This document shows positions 50,822-64,000 of a DNA stretch of 64,000 bases, piece by piece. A program made the translations under genes and the position numbers. The stretch's first letter is position 1, and each line of letters begins with the position of its first letter. The stretch comes from Phoronis australis (Eukaryota; Animalia; Phoronida): the NCBI GenBank assembly GCA_002633005.1, contig NMRA01000290.1, positions 126,748-190,747 of the forward strand, read 5' to 3'. The notes beneath the pieces are model-generated. The model was given only the letters and a program-made list of their open reading frames with translations. It was not told where the DNA came from and did not search any database.

Positions 50822-52434
50822 AGCTGGAATCCATTGCTAGTCTCACAGTGGCTCTTAGCTTGCCATTTTAACTAATGGGCCAGTTTGTAGTCAGTATCCA
50901 TAACACTTGTATGTTTTGCGTATGTCAATGTTCACAATGATGTGAGCTGTCAAAAGGCACCCAAATCCCCAGCTCCTAGTAAAGTTTATGTGACAGAGAA
51001 TACACCTTTTTTATATGTTGATACACTCAAGCTACCGTTATTAGTAAAAAATATAAATGTAGAGAGAGTCTAAAATTTCTACAGTTAAATGGTACCATGG
51101 ATCTTCATTTCCTGATGTTTGTCAGTCAAGAAAGTAGGGCCATGTCCGTCAAGAATTTAAAATGTATTAACTAGGAATGATCATTTATGTCAAGAACTAG
51201 GAACGATCATTTATGTCAAGAAGGTGTGCTATGTCAATCCTCTAGGATGGAGGGGTTATGCCTATTAAATGAGAGAGTGAAGCTGTTGAGAGTGGTGTGT
51301 TTCTGATGTTCCTTCACAATCACAGTAAACAACCCAGCTGTAGCAAATGACAGATTACCTAGTACATGTTGCTGTTTCCTTGGTATATTTCTACCAGATT
51401 TGAATTGCATTTTATATATACATTGACTATTCGTTACTCAAAACAAATCATGTATTGGAACAAATCTTATAGCAATAAGTACGCAGTATCTTTGGACACC
51501 TGCTTAATGGATCAAGGAATTATTACAATATTGGTAAAACGAGAGAGAACTTATTTAACCGCTATATTATTTTTTACTGGTATGATTTGCATGCTCTTTT
51601 TAATTTTGTCAATCGTGAGTGCATTTATGGTTTGTTTTTGGTTTCTATTTGGTAAATGCAAGACTCTTTTGGTGTCTAGAATGTGAGTTAGGCATGTAAT
51701 TTATATTACAGTATTCACTGCCCACCACTTTATTTTGGTTTCTGGAGTCTTCCAGGTGATTTTGGATGATTTTTTTTAGATGTAATGAAGATGTAAATCA
51801 TATCCTCTCGACAATTGATACAATCGTGTAGTTTAATATAAAGCTGTTTTGATTGCAACTGTTGTGAAGCGCTGGAATTTCCTTTGACGTAAAATACTGA
51901 GTGACTTGTTGGTCTTGGCTTCAACATAATGCAGTGTTGCTGTGACAAACCAACCAAGTAGACAGCAAACTTACTTGGGACGGTTGAAATTGTTGACTGC
52001 ATCAAAATACCTCAATTTCATTTAACGCATTTCATTAATTCACCAGAATCCCAGATGAAAGTATCATGTTTAATAATTACCCACACAGCACGAGCATCTT
52101 GGTCAATTTGTGTTATGCACAATTTGCGTAATATGTACGCAGCAATGTAACAATGTTTTGGTCTAGTCTCGCGCTGTTTGTACAATGTCGAACGCCAGAT
52201 ACGTGATTTAAGTGCTGCCAGTTGGAGACTATCAGTTCAGGCCTTTAAGTGTAAATGGAAGAACCTGCTCAACTGGTGTTGAGTGCTACAATGAATTTAC
52301 ATAGGCTGATGTAGAGATTACACGAGGGGGGTTTGCAAATGGCCACAATTATTGTATCACTAAGTCTTCTTAATGACAAAACTAGATTCTGAAGTATATA
52401 TGTGAATAGAAATTTGTTCTAATTGATATTATGT

Positions 52435-52440
52435 AATAAA
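52435..52440 (+). promoter_or_regulatory. Candidate polyadenylation signal of the MARVEL gene
   Basis: AATAAA about 1.6 kb after the stop, followed by GT/T-rich sequence. Confidence 0.4.
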
Positions 52441-53280
52441 CAATGTTAGTTTGCATGTGTAATGAGACGTAGTTCCTTCTTTCTTCAAACAGGAGTCCAT
52501 AAGACAATGGATGTAGGCAACACACCAAGTCGTGAGTAATATCTGTGCATTAAAAATGAATATTATTGCAGTGTGCCTTCAAGCAGTAAAATCCTGATCA
52601 TTGCACCAACGAACAGCGTTAAAAATGATTCTCTCGGGAACTGTTCTAAAATGTTTATTGCATCCAAATTGAGGTGTGTGTTGCAACACAATCAGATTTG
52701 GACTTATGGAAAGGAACACCATAAGTGAGCGAACGTAACCCAGTCACTTTCTAATGGGTTAGACTGTAGCTGAAAATTGGTAGTCAAGGCAACCTTTACT
52801 CCGCAATTTTGAATGCTGATCAAAGCACCAGTAAACCTGCCTTCCGTCACAGAAAACAACTTTTGATATAGAACGCTTACTGTTATGAAATTGGTCTCAA
52901 ATTTTGAGATTTGAAGGCTTTGAAAAAACTGATGGTTCGTTTTTCCTAGAGACCATGCTTCTCTCATAAAATGACCTTCCGCAACAAGCCAACTTGTAGA
53001 ATGTGGTTTCATTTCTGCTCATATTGACAAGGTGCCCGTAGGCATGTACCAAAAATTGGTGTGAGACCCCCTATTGCGGTTGCCAGGACTGCTAAATTCC
53101 ATCCCCTCTTCTGAGGTAGATTTTTCTGTTAGAATGCCAATGTGCCTTTTGCGGGGTTGAGGTCAATGCAGTGAGCCTTTTGCGGGGAAGGAATGGAAAT
53201 TTAGGGGCCTATTGGACCCTGCGCAGGTCCTGCAAAACTTGCAGAAAAAGTATCACCTACCTGCAATTTTTGCTACATGC

Positions 53281-53412
53281 CTTGGTTAAAACCGAGCTGA
53301 GGAGCTAGAAACCTGGCTCAAGGGTTTAGCAGTGTGACCTGGTGGGACTCGAACCCACGACCTCGAGTAATGGAAGCGGGCACTTATCAACCAGGCCACA
53401 CTGTCTCCTCTG
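53281..53412 (-). mobile_element. tRNA-derived SINE, family A (head part)
   Basis: ggagacagtgtggcctggttgataag...gtgggttcgagtcccaccagg, followed by body sequence shared with 57097-57327. Confidence 0.75.
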
Positions 53413-54912
53413 TGAATATTAAGCGGTCTAAATAATTTTTTTGCAATGAAATGCGGGTTTACTGCTGCTTACAGTCCACAGTGTAATATTTTTTGCATCT
53501 TACAAAACAGACATCACGCAATGTGGAATACATCCCAGACTTTGACAATGAATCTTAACGCAGCAAGGCACTAACATGACACCAACACATAACTTATTTA
53601 CAAATTCTGCAGAAGACCCCCTCACTTAACGTTGCTAATATCAGCAGCCCTGCACATTGAATAAACACAAGGACACACTTTTTCACATGGTGATATTTAT
53701 TGTACCGAAACACATTTTTCAACTAAGACATCACATTTGCCTTGGTAACTCTGCTTATTGAGCACAAAAATAACGACCAAAATTGTTCATTTTCTATTTT
53801 CAAAGGCTGACACCTTTAATGAACAAGAATGGAAACTAACCAAATGCAGTTTTATAACATCATCACACCATAGAGCAGACTGATGAGAGACTAACAAATT
53901 TTAAACAATAGTCATTCAAAATGAAATTCCGCATGTCCACCATACTGTGCACTGAATTTGTGAACAATTACCATACTCTCACCTAAACCGAGCAAGTTGT
54001 CAAAATTGATGCATTGTCACAGTTTCTCACAATGTACGTAGTGCCTCTATCAAATGCCATTTTCTTGTATAGTGTGACGCCATTTTGATGTTTTGGATGC
54101 TAAACAATAAATTAAAATGTTAAAATTAAACAGCATTTACAATAATTAGGCCAGATTTACATACCGGTGTAAATTACTAAAGACTTGAAAAAATTATTAC
54201 CTGGCTACGGACCTTGTCAATCTTGATACTCTTCAACTCCCTGCAAACATTTCAATGGTTGCAAAAGGTGTGGGAACCCACTGATCAACCCAAGCATATA
54301 ATTTTGTACAAATTTCAAGTGCTAAATTGCCCTCGTGGTTACCTGTATTGGAAAAAAGTCTAACACCTGCAAAATTTTTGAAAATGTGATGTAACTGAAG
54401 TGTGCATTTCTATTCCTATTTGTGGATCCAAACCACATCACAGTTAGTGGCTGATAAGACATTCAAGTGGAACTTGCACTCTAATTCCTTATCATTGTGA
54501 TTGCTTGATCAAATCAGTTATTATAACTGTTACAACATATAGCGAAGATGTGAATATGAAGTAGGTTGAAAATTACCAAATGTTTGGAATGAGTTTTGTG
54601 TCGAAAATGATTCGCCGTAAATCACTCAACTGTATCCAGTAAATATCGTGACATGGTGTTGGGGAAGAACACTGCAAGATGCAAGCTATGTGAGGCCCCA
54701 AGTTATGTCATTAGTGTAGCGGTAAAATATTTGCAGAATTTTCTGTTTTCATTTAAATTATCAATGACTACATTACTGCACTTTGTTTAGCATAGCTAAA
54801 CAGATGTTCAAATAGCATTGTTGCTTAGTTCCTGCTATACATTTGCACAGTTGAAAGTGTGCAAATACATCTTTAACGCAATTTAAAAGACACGATGGTG
54901 ACTTCTGTAATA

Positions 54913-57900
54913 TCACGTCGACAAGGAAGGATCGTACTCGTACACCTCCCGAGTCTGTTCTTTTCCATCAGCCAATGGGATTGAGATAGTGGGGTTGCAT
55001 TCAGCATTGGCTTCTTGCTCAGTCTTTGTTGTGATTAGTTCCACTGTAGCAGGTAGCCTGTCACCCAACTCTGACTGCCGTGCACACTGATAGACCTCCC
55101 TGCACACAATTATATATGGATTCACTTATTAATGAAGAATAGGTTCCTCATCGTTCACTGGGTGGTACATAATAAAAAATATGAGCTCAGCCCCGGAAAA
55201 CGCTTTTGCATTACATCCAGGTTCTCATTCACTCCCTTGCTTATATTCACTAGTAAGATGGAGCTCAGAAGAGTAGGAGACACCTTTGTGCAATGCTCGA
55301 TTGTCAGCCAATAAAGCCAGGATTCAAACTCGGGTCTCCCAAACGAGAGTCCGTAGACCAAACCACTAAGCCACACTGTCTCCCTATACATAGATGAAGA
55401 GTGTATTTGTTAAAGTGAGACCAGGGAGCCAGTAAGTTCAAAAAGTGGACGAACTGTACTCTTAAATACCAAGTGCATGATTACTATTACATCAGTTTTC
55501 TTAACAACAAACTCCTGAAAATATATTTCATGACACAATTTCTACATGACCATCATCATCTATTGTAACCACTTACTTCCCATGTTTTTTCGCAGTCAGT
55601 ATCACATGCCCCAGTTTCCCATTAGCCAGACATAGTCGACAATGGACATGTTTTGATGGCTTAGCCAACTGCCGCACAATGCGAGGCCAGTTTCCCTCTT
55701 TGTCCCGTGAAACCTTTTTGAAGACAGCATACGTGAACCTCTCCAGTTTCTTAACATTGTCTGCCTGTAAGACACAAATGGTAAAATGGTTTAAGCCAAG
55801 ACCAAACTACTATGTACAGTTACAATGTCTATTAGATACATACTAAGTGATAATGCTGTGTCAATATTGCCTGGGTAGAGTTTCATAGATGCAAGAATCT
55901 AGCAAAGAGAGCTACTTTGATCACGTGTTCCGCTTGTAATACAAGGCAATATCGCGCAAAGTCTTGCATGATCTTGCGTTTTTGCGAGGCTCTTGAACCT
56001 ACAAAATGCACGCCTGGTTTTTGTCTAAGTTAAAGCAGAGCTGAACAAAATGTCTGCCTGACAGATATAAGTGAGTGTTATTGTAGTTATTTAAGCTATG
56101 AGCAGACTGCTGTAAAGAGGCATGTCGCATATCAACTACTTTGCTATAAAAGCCTTTCAGTGCTTATTGGTGTACCGTAGGTAGTAAGTGACAAAACTGT
56201 CTCAGCGCTGTCTAGTTTTTGTCCAATTTAAGGTAAAACTGACAGTAAAAAATGGAGAGTTGAATTGCTAAAAAATTGAAAATTTTGATTGAAAATAACT
56301 CTTAAAAAGTCTTCACCTTTGACCTTAAAGTGATACTCCCAAGGTTAATATGAGCAAATGTAAAGTGTTGAAATGCAACCATGTTTGCACTGCCAACTGT
56401 ATGCTTCTACGGGTGTATATTAAGTATCTCAAAAATGGCCATAAGGTAGTGCAGAATCTATCACACTGTTCGAAAATGGGAAGGCGTTTTCATTTTTCTG
56501 TTTGTCAAATTTCATGAAAATCCATCCAGGAACTTGGAAGATACAGAGGCAAATGTAAAAAAAGAAAATTGCCGCTAGGAGGCACATCGGTATTCAGATT
56601 CATTTGAAAGAAGTTGTCACGTTCATAGGAATACAGTTGCCAAATTTCAAGATTCTGCAAGTCAGTTAGGTGATACAGCCACAGACAGGAAAAAATTGCC
56701 ACTAGGGAGTGACAAAGAATAGAAACCGTCCATCATGCCGGACACCCAGATGTCCAGACAGATGATCACAGCATACAATATATAAAAATAAAATATCATG
56801 TACATGTGGGTGCATAAAAAAGAAAACAATGATTGTGGAAGTTCTCGAATAGCCCTGTGATATTCCCTAGCAATAAAACAAAGAAACAGAGAGAGAGAGG
56901 TAATTGGTATGAGATGAGCCAGAATTCTCAGTAATCGACTGCTAGATGATGCCAAACACAACGACAAGTCTGTTATCCTGTCATGTTCATCATGTTTTAT
57001 GTTGCAAATTCTGGGACTGACCAGATCTTATGTCTGAGAATGATGTCAGCAGTGAGACAGAAGTTTTGATATTGTGATTGTGTTTAAAAAAATAATTGCA
57101 GGTGGTCTGGTACACGTTGTACCAGATGTGCACAAGGTCATGCTTGTAGGCCTATTGTACTCCTTACTTGGAACTATTTTTGTGCTTTACTAAATAGTTA
57201 AAACTGAGCTGAGGAGTTAGAAACCTGACTCAAGGGTTTAGCAATGTGGCTCAGTGGGACTCGATCCCACAACCTCAAGTTAAGAAGGCAGGAATCTATC
57301 ACTCTAGGCCACACTGCCTCCTTGTGAGTGTGTTGGCATAACGTGCTTTATTAAGAAATTAGTCTCAACTTGTGCCTTTGTCAAATTGATTTCACGTTTT
57401 GAAAGAACTGACAGTTTGTTATTGCGTGAGATCAGATTCTACAAGTTGGTTTGTCACAGAATGTCATTTTATGTGCTAAACATAGTTTCAATGAATAAGG
57501 AACTGTCAATTTTTTGCAAATCCAGAAATCACTTTGAGAAATTAAAACGTTAACACCAATTTCATAGTGGTAAGTCGTTTTAACCAAAAGTTCCTTTCTT
57601 GGATGGTTCGCTGGTTTGTAATGGATTCAGAGATTTATAGAGTTGAGAAAAGTCAGGGAGCATAAACAGTGAGTCATGAAGAGACAATATGCTCTTCCTG
57701 GCCACAATCATTCTTGTCACTTACACTGTCCAACGGCTTATAATGCATGCTGAAATTACATGGAATACCAGAACCATCCTGGAAACGGGGACAAACCTCA
57801 TCATGGGAACACTGAAATCAATGAAACACAAACATGCAAAATATCATTTGCAACTTGACTTTGCACAATGTCTTGTCAATATTAAATTAATTATCTATGC

Positions 57901-60900
57901 GGGAGTGGAAAACAGACTTATACTGAACTTAGTGTCAGATTCCACCAATTATATTACGAAATACGGAAACAATAAGCCCATGTTCCATCAAAGAAACTAA
58001 ATTATGATTTAGACCAAATACTGCTACAGAAATGATCTCAGCCTGTTCCTTACTCAGATGAGAACTTGTTACATACTAGCGTTGTTTATTAGCTGTATAG
58101 TGTCTATTATTACTCAGTAGGTGTGCGACCTTGACGGAAATGCACATTTTAGCATAGTATAATGATTTGATAAAATTACCTGTTAGAACACAACAGAAGT
58201 GATTTCTGGGCTTGCACTGAACAGACACTTCATAATTCTCTGAGACCATGCTCCACGTATGAAATGAGACGACATGACAAGCCAACTGGTCTCAAGCAGC
58301 AGCAAATTGTAAGCTCTTTCAAAGCCCCAAAATCATCTCCAATTTGAAACAGGAGCATTTTGAGAACAACTTCATAACAGCAATGGTCTAAATCAAAAAA
58401 CTGTTCTTTGTGATGAAAACCAGGTTTATTGCTGCTTTAAACATGAACTCTCTCATTATAAACTTAATGACTGCCGCCAGTATAAAGCAGGTTCTGGACA
58501 TATTTATTGCAGTCACTGCTTCAAAAGACAACTTGACAGAATAAAACAAAATGTCGTAGACATAACATTGCAGATACAAAAGCATTACTACATACCTTGG
58601 AACTAAAGCTTGCTCTTAGAGTCATAGTACGGCAAAATCTCACCAATTTAGGACACAATATGGCGGGAAATTGAAAGTTCATTTTTTCGCAAATGGTAAG
58701 TACCACCATACAAGGGCTTTATCAATCTTAACCTACAAACCATGGTATCATCAGGCAGTGTTTTGAAAAATGACCAATGTTGTCAATTATTTTATCTAAA
58801 ATTGTTGAAATTGTAACATTAGCAACTCAACTGAAAAGTAGTTTTGCAGAGCATTATAGGTGCCACCTATTTCATGCTACAGCTTCATACTTGTCCATTA
58901 CAATTTTACTGTGTTGACAAGTGTTACTTACAGGAGCAAATATGTGGGCCTCAGAGCCCCCATTCTTCAATATGTGTTTACGTGCTTCCATCAGTAAGTG
59001 ATAGCCAACATTAGTTCCATTTTCAACCAGAACCTGTAACAGCAATGTTACAAAACTTTCTTTGAGCCACCACAGACGGAGAGCTAAGTACCTTGAATAG
59101 AAATGAGGTTAGCTCGTAGCTCACGTTTGCGACAGAATGAATCTTGACTTTTTGCCTCCCAAGGCGGTGAGACAAACATCTCAGTTGTTGGATTTCATTA
59201 ATCTAATAAGCCTTAATAGTAAGTGGGCAAAGAGCCAAAACAGGAAGATTTCCTAACTCACAAGGTGTGCATCCAGGATTTTTAGTTTGGGGGGCAGGGC
59301 AGAGTATTAGCCAGGATTTTGCCGCTCAGACATTCGCACCTCCGAACTGCCAAATGGAATCTGGGAGTTTTAGGTGGGGTCGTGGGTCCCTTGGTCCCCC
59401 TCTAAATCCGACAATGACATACAGAGGTATTCCATTGAGTCTTAATCAGGTGATTAGTGCAGTGGGTTCAACTGTTTGGCTTAAGCACGCAGTAACATTT
59501 TATTGAAATTTGTCAGTTTATGAAAACTTCAATCTGCACTCGAAAAACTTACCAAGTAGTCCTGAGTTCTATTCCACAAGGAAAGCAGAGAGCTGATTCG
59601 CTCCTCTTTGTTTGGTAACTCCAGCAAAGTATAGGCACTCACAACAAGGTTATACGGGTTCTGCAAGACATAAAACAAACAAGGGATTGTTACGTGAAAG
59701 GTGACTTAAGACTTAAGTCAAATTTTAACTTAAGTTCCCACTTCACAGTTACAGAATAAACTTTTACCATGTAACTGCTAGTTGCCACTGTTCATCTCAA
59801 TGTTTATTTCACTTCCACCACATTCATTTTACCACGCACGTGAGGATGTGATATGTGCTACTATTAACTTGTTTGTTTTGTAATGTCTGTTGCCAGTTTG
59901 CTTTACAACTGTACACCAGAAGATCAGAAATTGTAAAGCAAGTATGAGCGTGTAACAGCTGTCGAACAAAAAGTACAGCTATGTGTAAATCTTGAAACAA
60001 TGAGGATTATATAGATCGCAAGCACTTTTAAGTCTGGTCCGCACACCACCTGTTGTTCACATCATGTGACCTAATGAACATAAGTCTGAAAAGATTTCTG
60101 TCTCGGCCGGGACTCGAACCCGAGACCTGCTGCTAATTTTGCAGACACAATAGTCCACTAAGCCATTGGGACCAGGACCACTGGTCAAACACAGAAATCC
60201 AATCAGACTTGGCAGTGGGCAAACTCCTGAATGTATATGAACATGTAAATCTTGAATATTTTCAGACTTATGTTCATTAGATTATGTCTTGTGTCCAACA
60301 GTTGGCGTGTGGACCAGACTTTGTGTGGAGCTTAAGACGAAATTTATGACTTTAAATCTTAAGTCACTCCTCACAAATTGAACATCAGGTGACATATGAT
60401 GGGAGCAATAGTCACGTACAGGGGTCCCAGATTTTGAGACTGAACCAGACACTCAGAGTTTTCTCTACTGAATAACAGACATCAAACTGGTTCTCACAAT
60501 CTTGGAACCTTGTAAGTGACTACTGCCAGATAAGGTCATACAACTGGGTAGAATAATGAGAAATTTTGATATGATACTGAACATATAAACACTTCGTGAG
60601 TAACGTAGTACGTCTAGGCTCAGTATCTGATTTTGACACATTACAAAACTACACTCTAGAAAATTTCGAATCTGTCATTAAAAAGAGTAGGGCGTACTAG
60701 ACACATAAACACTTCAACAGGTCAGCTGTGAGTCACAGTAAGTCTAGGTGGAACGACACTTCCTAATACAATGCATGTATGCACTAACAAATGGTTGACA
60801 ATTGTTGACAACTCATCAAAACCCATCACCTTTTCAGAGATTTTACATACCTCGGTCTTGGGCATAAACTGACGGAAGTAAATGCCCCTGAAGCAAGGCT

Positions 60901-63665
60901 CTTTTTGTTCTTCACCATCTAAATGAGAAACATATGAGTAAATCAGTAGCTAACATAACTGGAAAACAACTGCTCATTGACATACCTAGAATGCTGCAAG
61001 GGAGGTCCCATTTGGCCCCAATGTCTTAATGGGAAATGTTTGTGTAATTCCTACAAATAGTGTGCCAGCAGCGATTCTTTGGTTGAGTACTTCAGAGAGG
61101 CAAAGAAAGCACCGTAATTCTCAAGCGGTGAGCAAGAATTTTTCGAAATAATTAACTAACTTTGAAAGCAACATTTGTGACAGCATTCTAGCAAATCAAA
61201 TTTCACGAAGGTAATCTATTAACAATGGTTGCTTCTGCAGTGTCTTTTCTGCAACCTTGACTTTAATCCAGGTGGAATTGCCTGACATTTCACAAGGACC
61301 TTTATGCTGCGTCAGTAATATTCACAGACAAAAACATGAACTTTCAAAAGCACAACAATTTATTTCGAAGTTAAGGAGACCTGCCATATCATTGTCACTG
61401 AAGAATGAACTTGATGGTACATTATTGTTTTCATGGCCAAAGAATTAATGTTCAAGATTTTTGTTGGATGGGCTTGACTTCTTAAAGTTGAGTTAGATTT
61501 TGACGAGAGTAATAAAACAACAAAATCCCTTGTATTTTTGTTACAATTGTCACTTCTAGCCATTGCCTGGCAAAACATTCACTGAAATCAAAGCCGGTAG
61601 CTTAGCCATTTAAAACGCTCAAAATACTTTTGAACATGTGGGATTTGGCTCAGCAGCAAAACGTTGGACTATAGCAGAGGGAGTGGGTTCGAGTCCATAC
61701 TACAGCCAATCTGTATAGAATTCTTTTTCTTGCCAAAAATGCCCCTTCAATCAGTTGGAATTGACAAGTTCCTCATTTTAGGCACCACAAACAATAAGGC
61801 TGGAAATAGACAGGTTCTGTGGTATACTGTAAATTAAAATAATACGAACCTTGCATCAACAATCTGGCCAGAGTGTTCATGTCACCACTGGGGTCAACAC
61901 AGTAATGCTCCGACAACCATCTTCCCCAGATCTGATTAGCTGCCCTGTTGGAAAATCAGTAAGAGGCCGAAATAACTGTTACAAACTACCAAGACGCAGA
62001 TTTCATGNAATTTTCATGATTTTTGTTGGATGGGCTTGACTTCTTAAAGTTGTGTTAGATTTTGACGAGAGTAATAAAACAACAAAATCCCTTGTATTTT
62101 TGTTACAATTGTCACTTCTAGCCATTGCCTGGCAAAACATTCACTGAAATCAAAGCCGGTAGCTTAGCCATTTAAAACGCTCAAAATACTTTTGAACACG
62201 TGGGATTTGGCTCAGCAGCAAAACGTTGGACTATTGCAGAGGGAATGGGTTCCAGTCCATACTACAGCCAATCTGTATAGAATTCTTTTTCTTGCCAAAA
62301 ATGCCCCTTCAATCAGTTGGAATTGACAAGTTCCTCATTTTAGGCACCACAAACAATAAGGCTGGAAATAGACAGGTTCTGTGGTATACTGTAAATTAAA
62401 ATAATACGAACCTTGCATCAACAATCTGGCCAGAGTGTTCATGTCACCACTGGGGTCAACACAGTAATGCTCCGACAACCATCTTCCCCAGATCTGATTA
62501 GCTGCCCTGTTGGAAAATCAGTAAGAGGCCGAAATAACTGTTACAAACTACCAAGACGCAGATTTCATGGTTATGCAAAGCAGCACATATGCCAGAAACA
62601 AAGGTTAACCAGGACAACTGTTTATTAAAAATGTCAAGAAATACAACTCTGAAATTCAAAATTGTCAAATGTAGCAAGCTAGCCACAGGCATGTAGCTTG
62701 ACAAACAAATACTTGAGTTTAAATTTACGTTTTGAAAGCGATTGCAAGAAACTGTTTAATGTAATTAATCAGAAAAACAAATCACTTACCAAGTTACTGA
62801 GCCAAGCCCAGATCCAAAATCAAACAAAGACACAGGCTTGAACTCTGGATCTCTCCTGGCAATCTATAAGCAACACAGTTAATCTCCAACACTGCTGTTA
62901 ATCACTGTGACAGTTTAAAACACTAAATGAGGCACCTGCACAAAAAACTGTATCAGTATTGACTTTTCGGCAATAGTCTGATATAACGTGACCACATTAT
63001 GAGAACCAGTTTCATGCCCGTAATTCAGTGGAGAAAACTGGTTCTCAAAATGGTTCTCAAAATGCAGACACATTATATCAGACAGACTACAACTGCCTTT
63101 TCTTCAACTTATAAAAAAACCAAGAAGCAACAAGAAAACAAAAAGATACTGAAAGCACACCACAAAACACTCCAAATGAAAAACTAAATCATTATATGTC
63201 AGAAATCCCAGCAGTTTCAATCAAGATAATACTCAATGGTTTGATTCATAATTTAGTATCAGTTCACACCAGTTTGCAGAGCCTATGGGGTTACTGTAAT
63301 AAACTCGCAAATGAAAATGTGGATTCATTCCCTGGCCACCGCTTGTATAGTAGTGTTGAGCAATGCATTTATCATAATGCTGTTTCAGTCGACTCAGATA
63401 AATAAATAACAGCCACGACTACAAAGTAACCTGTGATGAACTATCATCCCATCTGGGGGAAGTTGAAAGACTAGCTAAGTGCAAATGATGTAACTTTAGT
63501 CAAAACCATTTTTAATTCAGACAAGACTCGAGGAGTTTTCAAAATTATGGAAAGATTAAATTTCACAAGAATTGAAAACTGACCTCATCAAATACTCTGA
63601 TTAAGATAGCATACTCTGGAGCCAACCTTGATGACATGTAGAGAAACGACTTGTATGCATTATAG
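54913..63665 (-). CDS. METTL17: METTL17/Rsm22 mitochondrial small ribosomal subunit assembly factor (methyltransferase fold), 5'-partial, ~330 codons in window
   Basis: Minus-strand exons: 63665-63584 (YMSSRLAPEYAILIRVFDE), 62863-62790 (PEFKPVSLFDFGSGLGSVTW, SAM motif), 62506-62412 (duplicate at 61944-61850), 60918-60851 (GIYFRQFMP), 59660-59553 (YNLVVSAYTLLELP), 59033-58932 (VLVENGTNVGYHLLMEAR..HIFAP), 57811-57725 (CSHDEVCP..PCNF), 55764-55577 (WPRIV..KHVHCRLC), 55099-54913 (YQCARQSELGDRLP...stop). Phases are consistent. Confidence 0.93.
55175..55385 (-). mobile_element. tRNA-derived SINE, family B
   Basis: Aligns with 35020-35240 (ccaggttctcattcactcccttgc...gtaggagacacc.ttgtgcaatgctcgatt...agccaggatt..aac.cg.gtctcccaaac...gccacactgtct). 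Confidence 0.8.
57097..57327 (-). mobile_element. tRNA-derived SINE, family A
   Basis: Same head and body as 24912-25140 and 53281-53412. Confidence 0.75.
59690..60375. mobile_element. Nested inverted-repeat element: outer ~50-bp inverted repeats, inner ~60-bp inverted repeats (60031-60091 and 60259-60320), tRNA-like core
   Basis: Outer arms gtgacttaagacttaagtca..cttaagttcccac and gtggagcttaag..tgacttt.aatcttaagtcac; inner arms agtctggtcc..ctaatgaacataagtctgaaaa and ttttcagacttatgttcattag..ggaccagact; core 60100-60172 reads tggcttagtgg...gggttcgagtcccggccg on the minus strand. Confidence 0.7.
61456..62569. repeat. 552-bp near-identical duplication (61456-62007 and 62018-62569) around the N at 62008, including a METTL17 exon
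   Basis: Offset 562 nt; the two exon copies appear identical and the intronic parts differ by a few SNPs. Confidence 0.92.
61644..61708 (+). mobile_element. Degenerate tRNA-like SINE head (duplicate at ~62206-62270)
   Basis: tggctcagcagc...gtgggttcgagtcc, resembling A and B boxes. Confidence 0.45.
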
Positions 63666-64000
63666 CTGAAATATGGAAACATTTTGATCAGTTCACAGAA
63701 AGTGACATGAAAATGCCACTTTACCCAACCACAACACAACACTGCAGTAAAATCCAACCCTTTTAGGGCATAATATGACAGACAAGTGAAATTTTATTTT
63801 ATTTTTGTTCTTTTCATAAAACATAACTTAAGGAGAAACAAATGAATGTTTTAAAGTCGAATATCACAGCGACCACCAGACGATGTTTTCACAAAATGGG
63901 AACACTTAGAACAATGTTAGAAGCTGTGTAAAGATGAATGAAAAAAGTCAGTTTTGGTGACATTGTACTGCGGCAGATCTACAATGAGGCAAAAACACAA

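Noticed and set aside
61850-61944. Mutually exclusive alternative exon of METTL17
   Set aside because: Apparently identical to 62412-62506 with near-identical flanks and adjacent to an N; assembly redundancy is the simpler explanation.

Overview
AT-rich, intron-rich animal genomic DNA, probably a marine invertebrate (inference from gene structure and repeat types; not prokaryotic). I assembled four spliced genes by hand from GT-AG exons whose phases join correctly: (1) the 3' ~1550 codons of a NO VEIN/sacsin-like protein ending in a DUF3883-type PD-(D/E)XK nuclease domain (+, 2511-17402; 5' part outside the window); (2) a complete Beclin-1 (-, 14 coding exons, 449 aa, 22889-35449); (3) a 195-aa four-TM MARVEL protein (+, 44390-50821); (4) the 3' part of METTL17/Rsm22 (-, 54913-63665). 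BECN1 and the MARVEL gene are head-to-head. Their putative first-exon splice donors sit in two ~200-bp inverted copies of one sequence, and a third copy lies at ~47.1-47.4 kb. A truncated Penelope-like element (RT and GIY-YIG remnants) has a tRNA-like head followed by a hammerhead-ribozyme-like motif in its 3' repeat. tRNA-derived SINEs, hairpin MITEs and a minisatellite are also present. Three long near-identical duplications each border a single N and are probably assembly or haplotype artefacts. All calls come from reading the sequence; no database searches were run.
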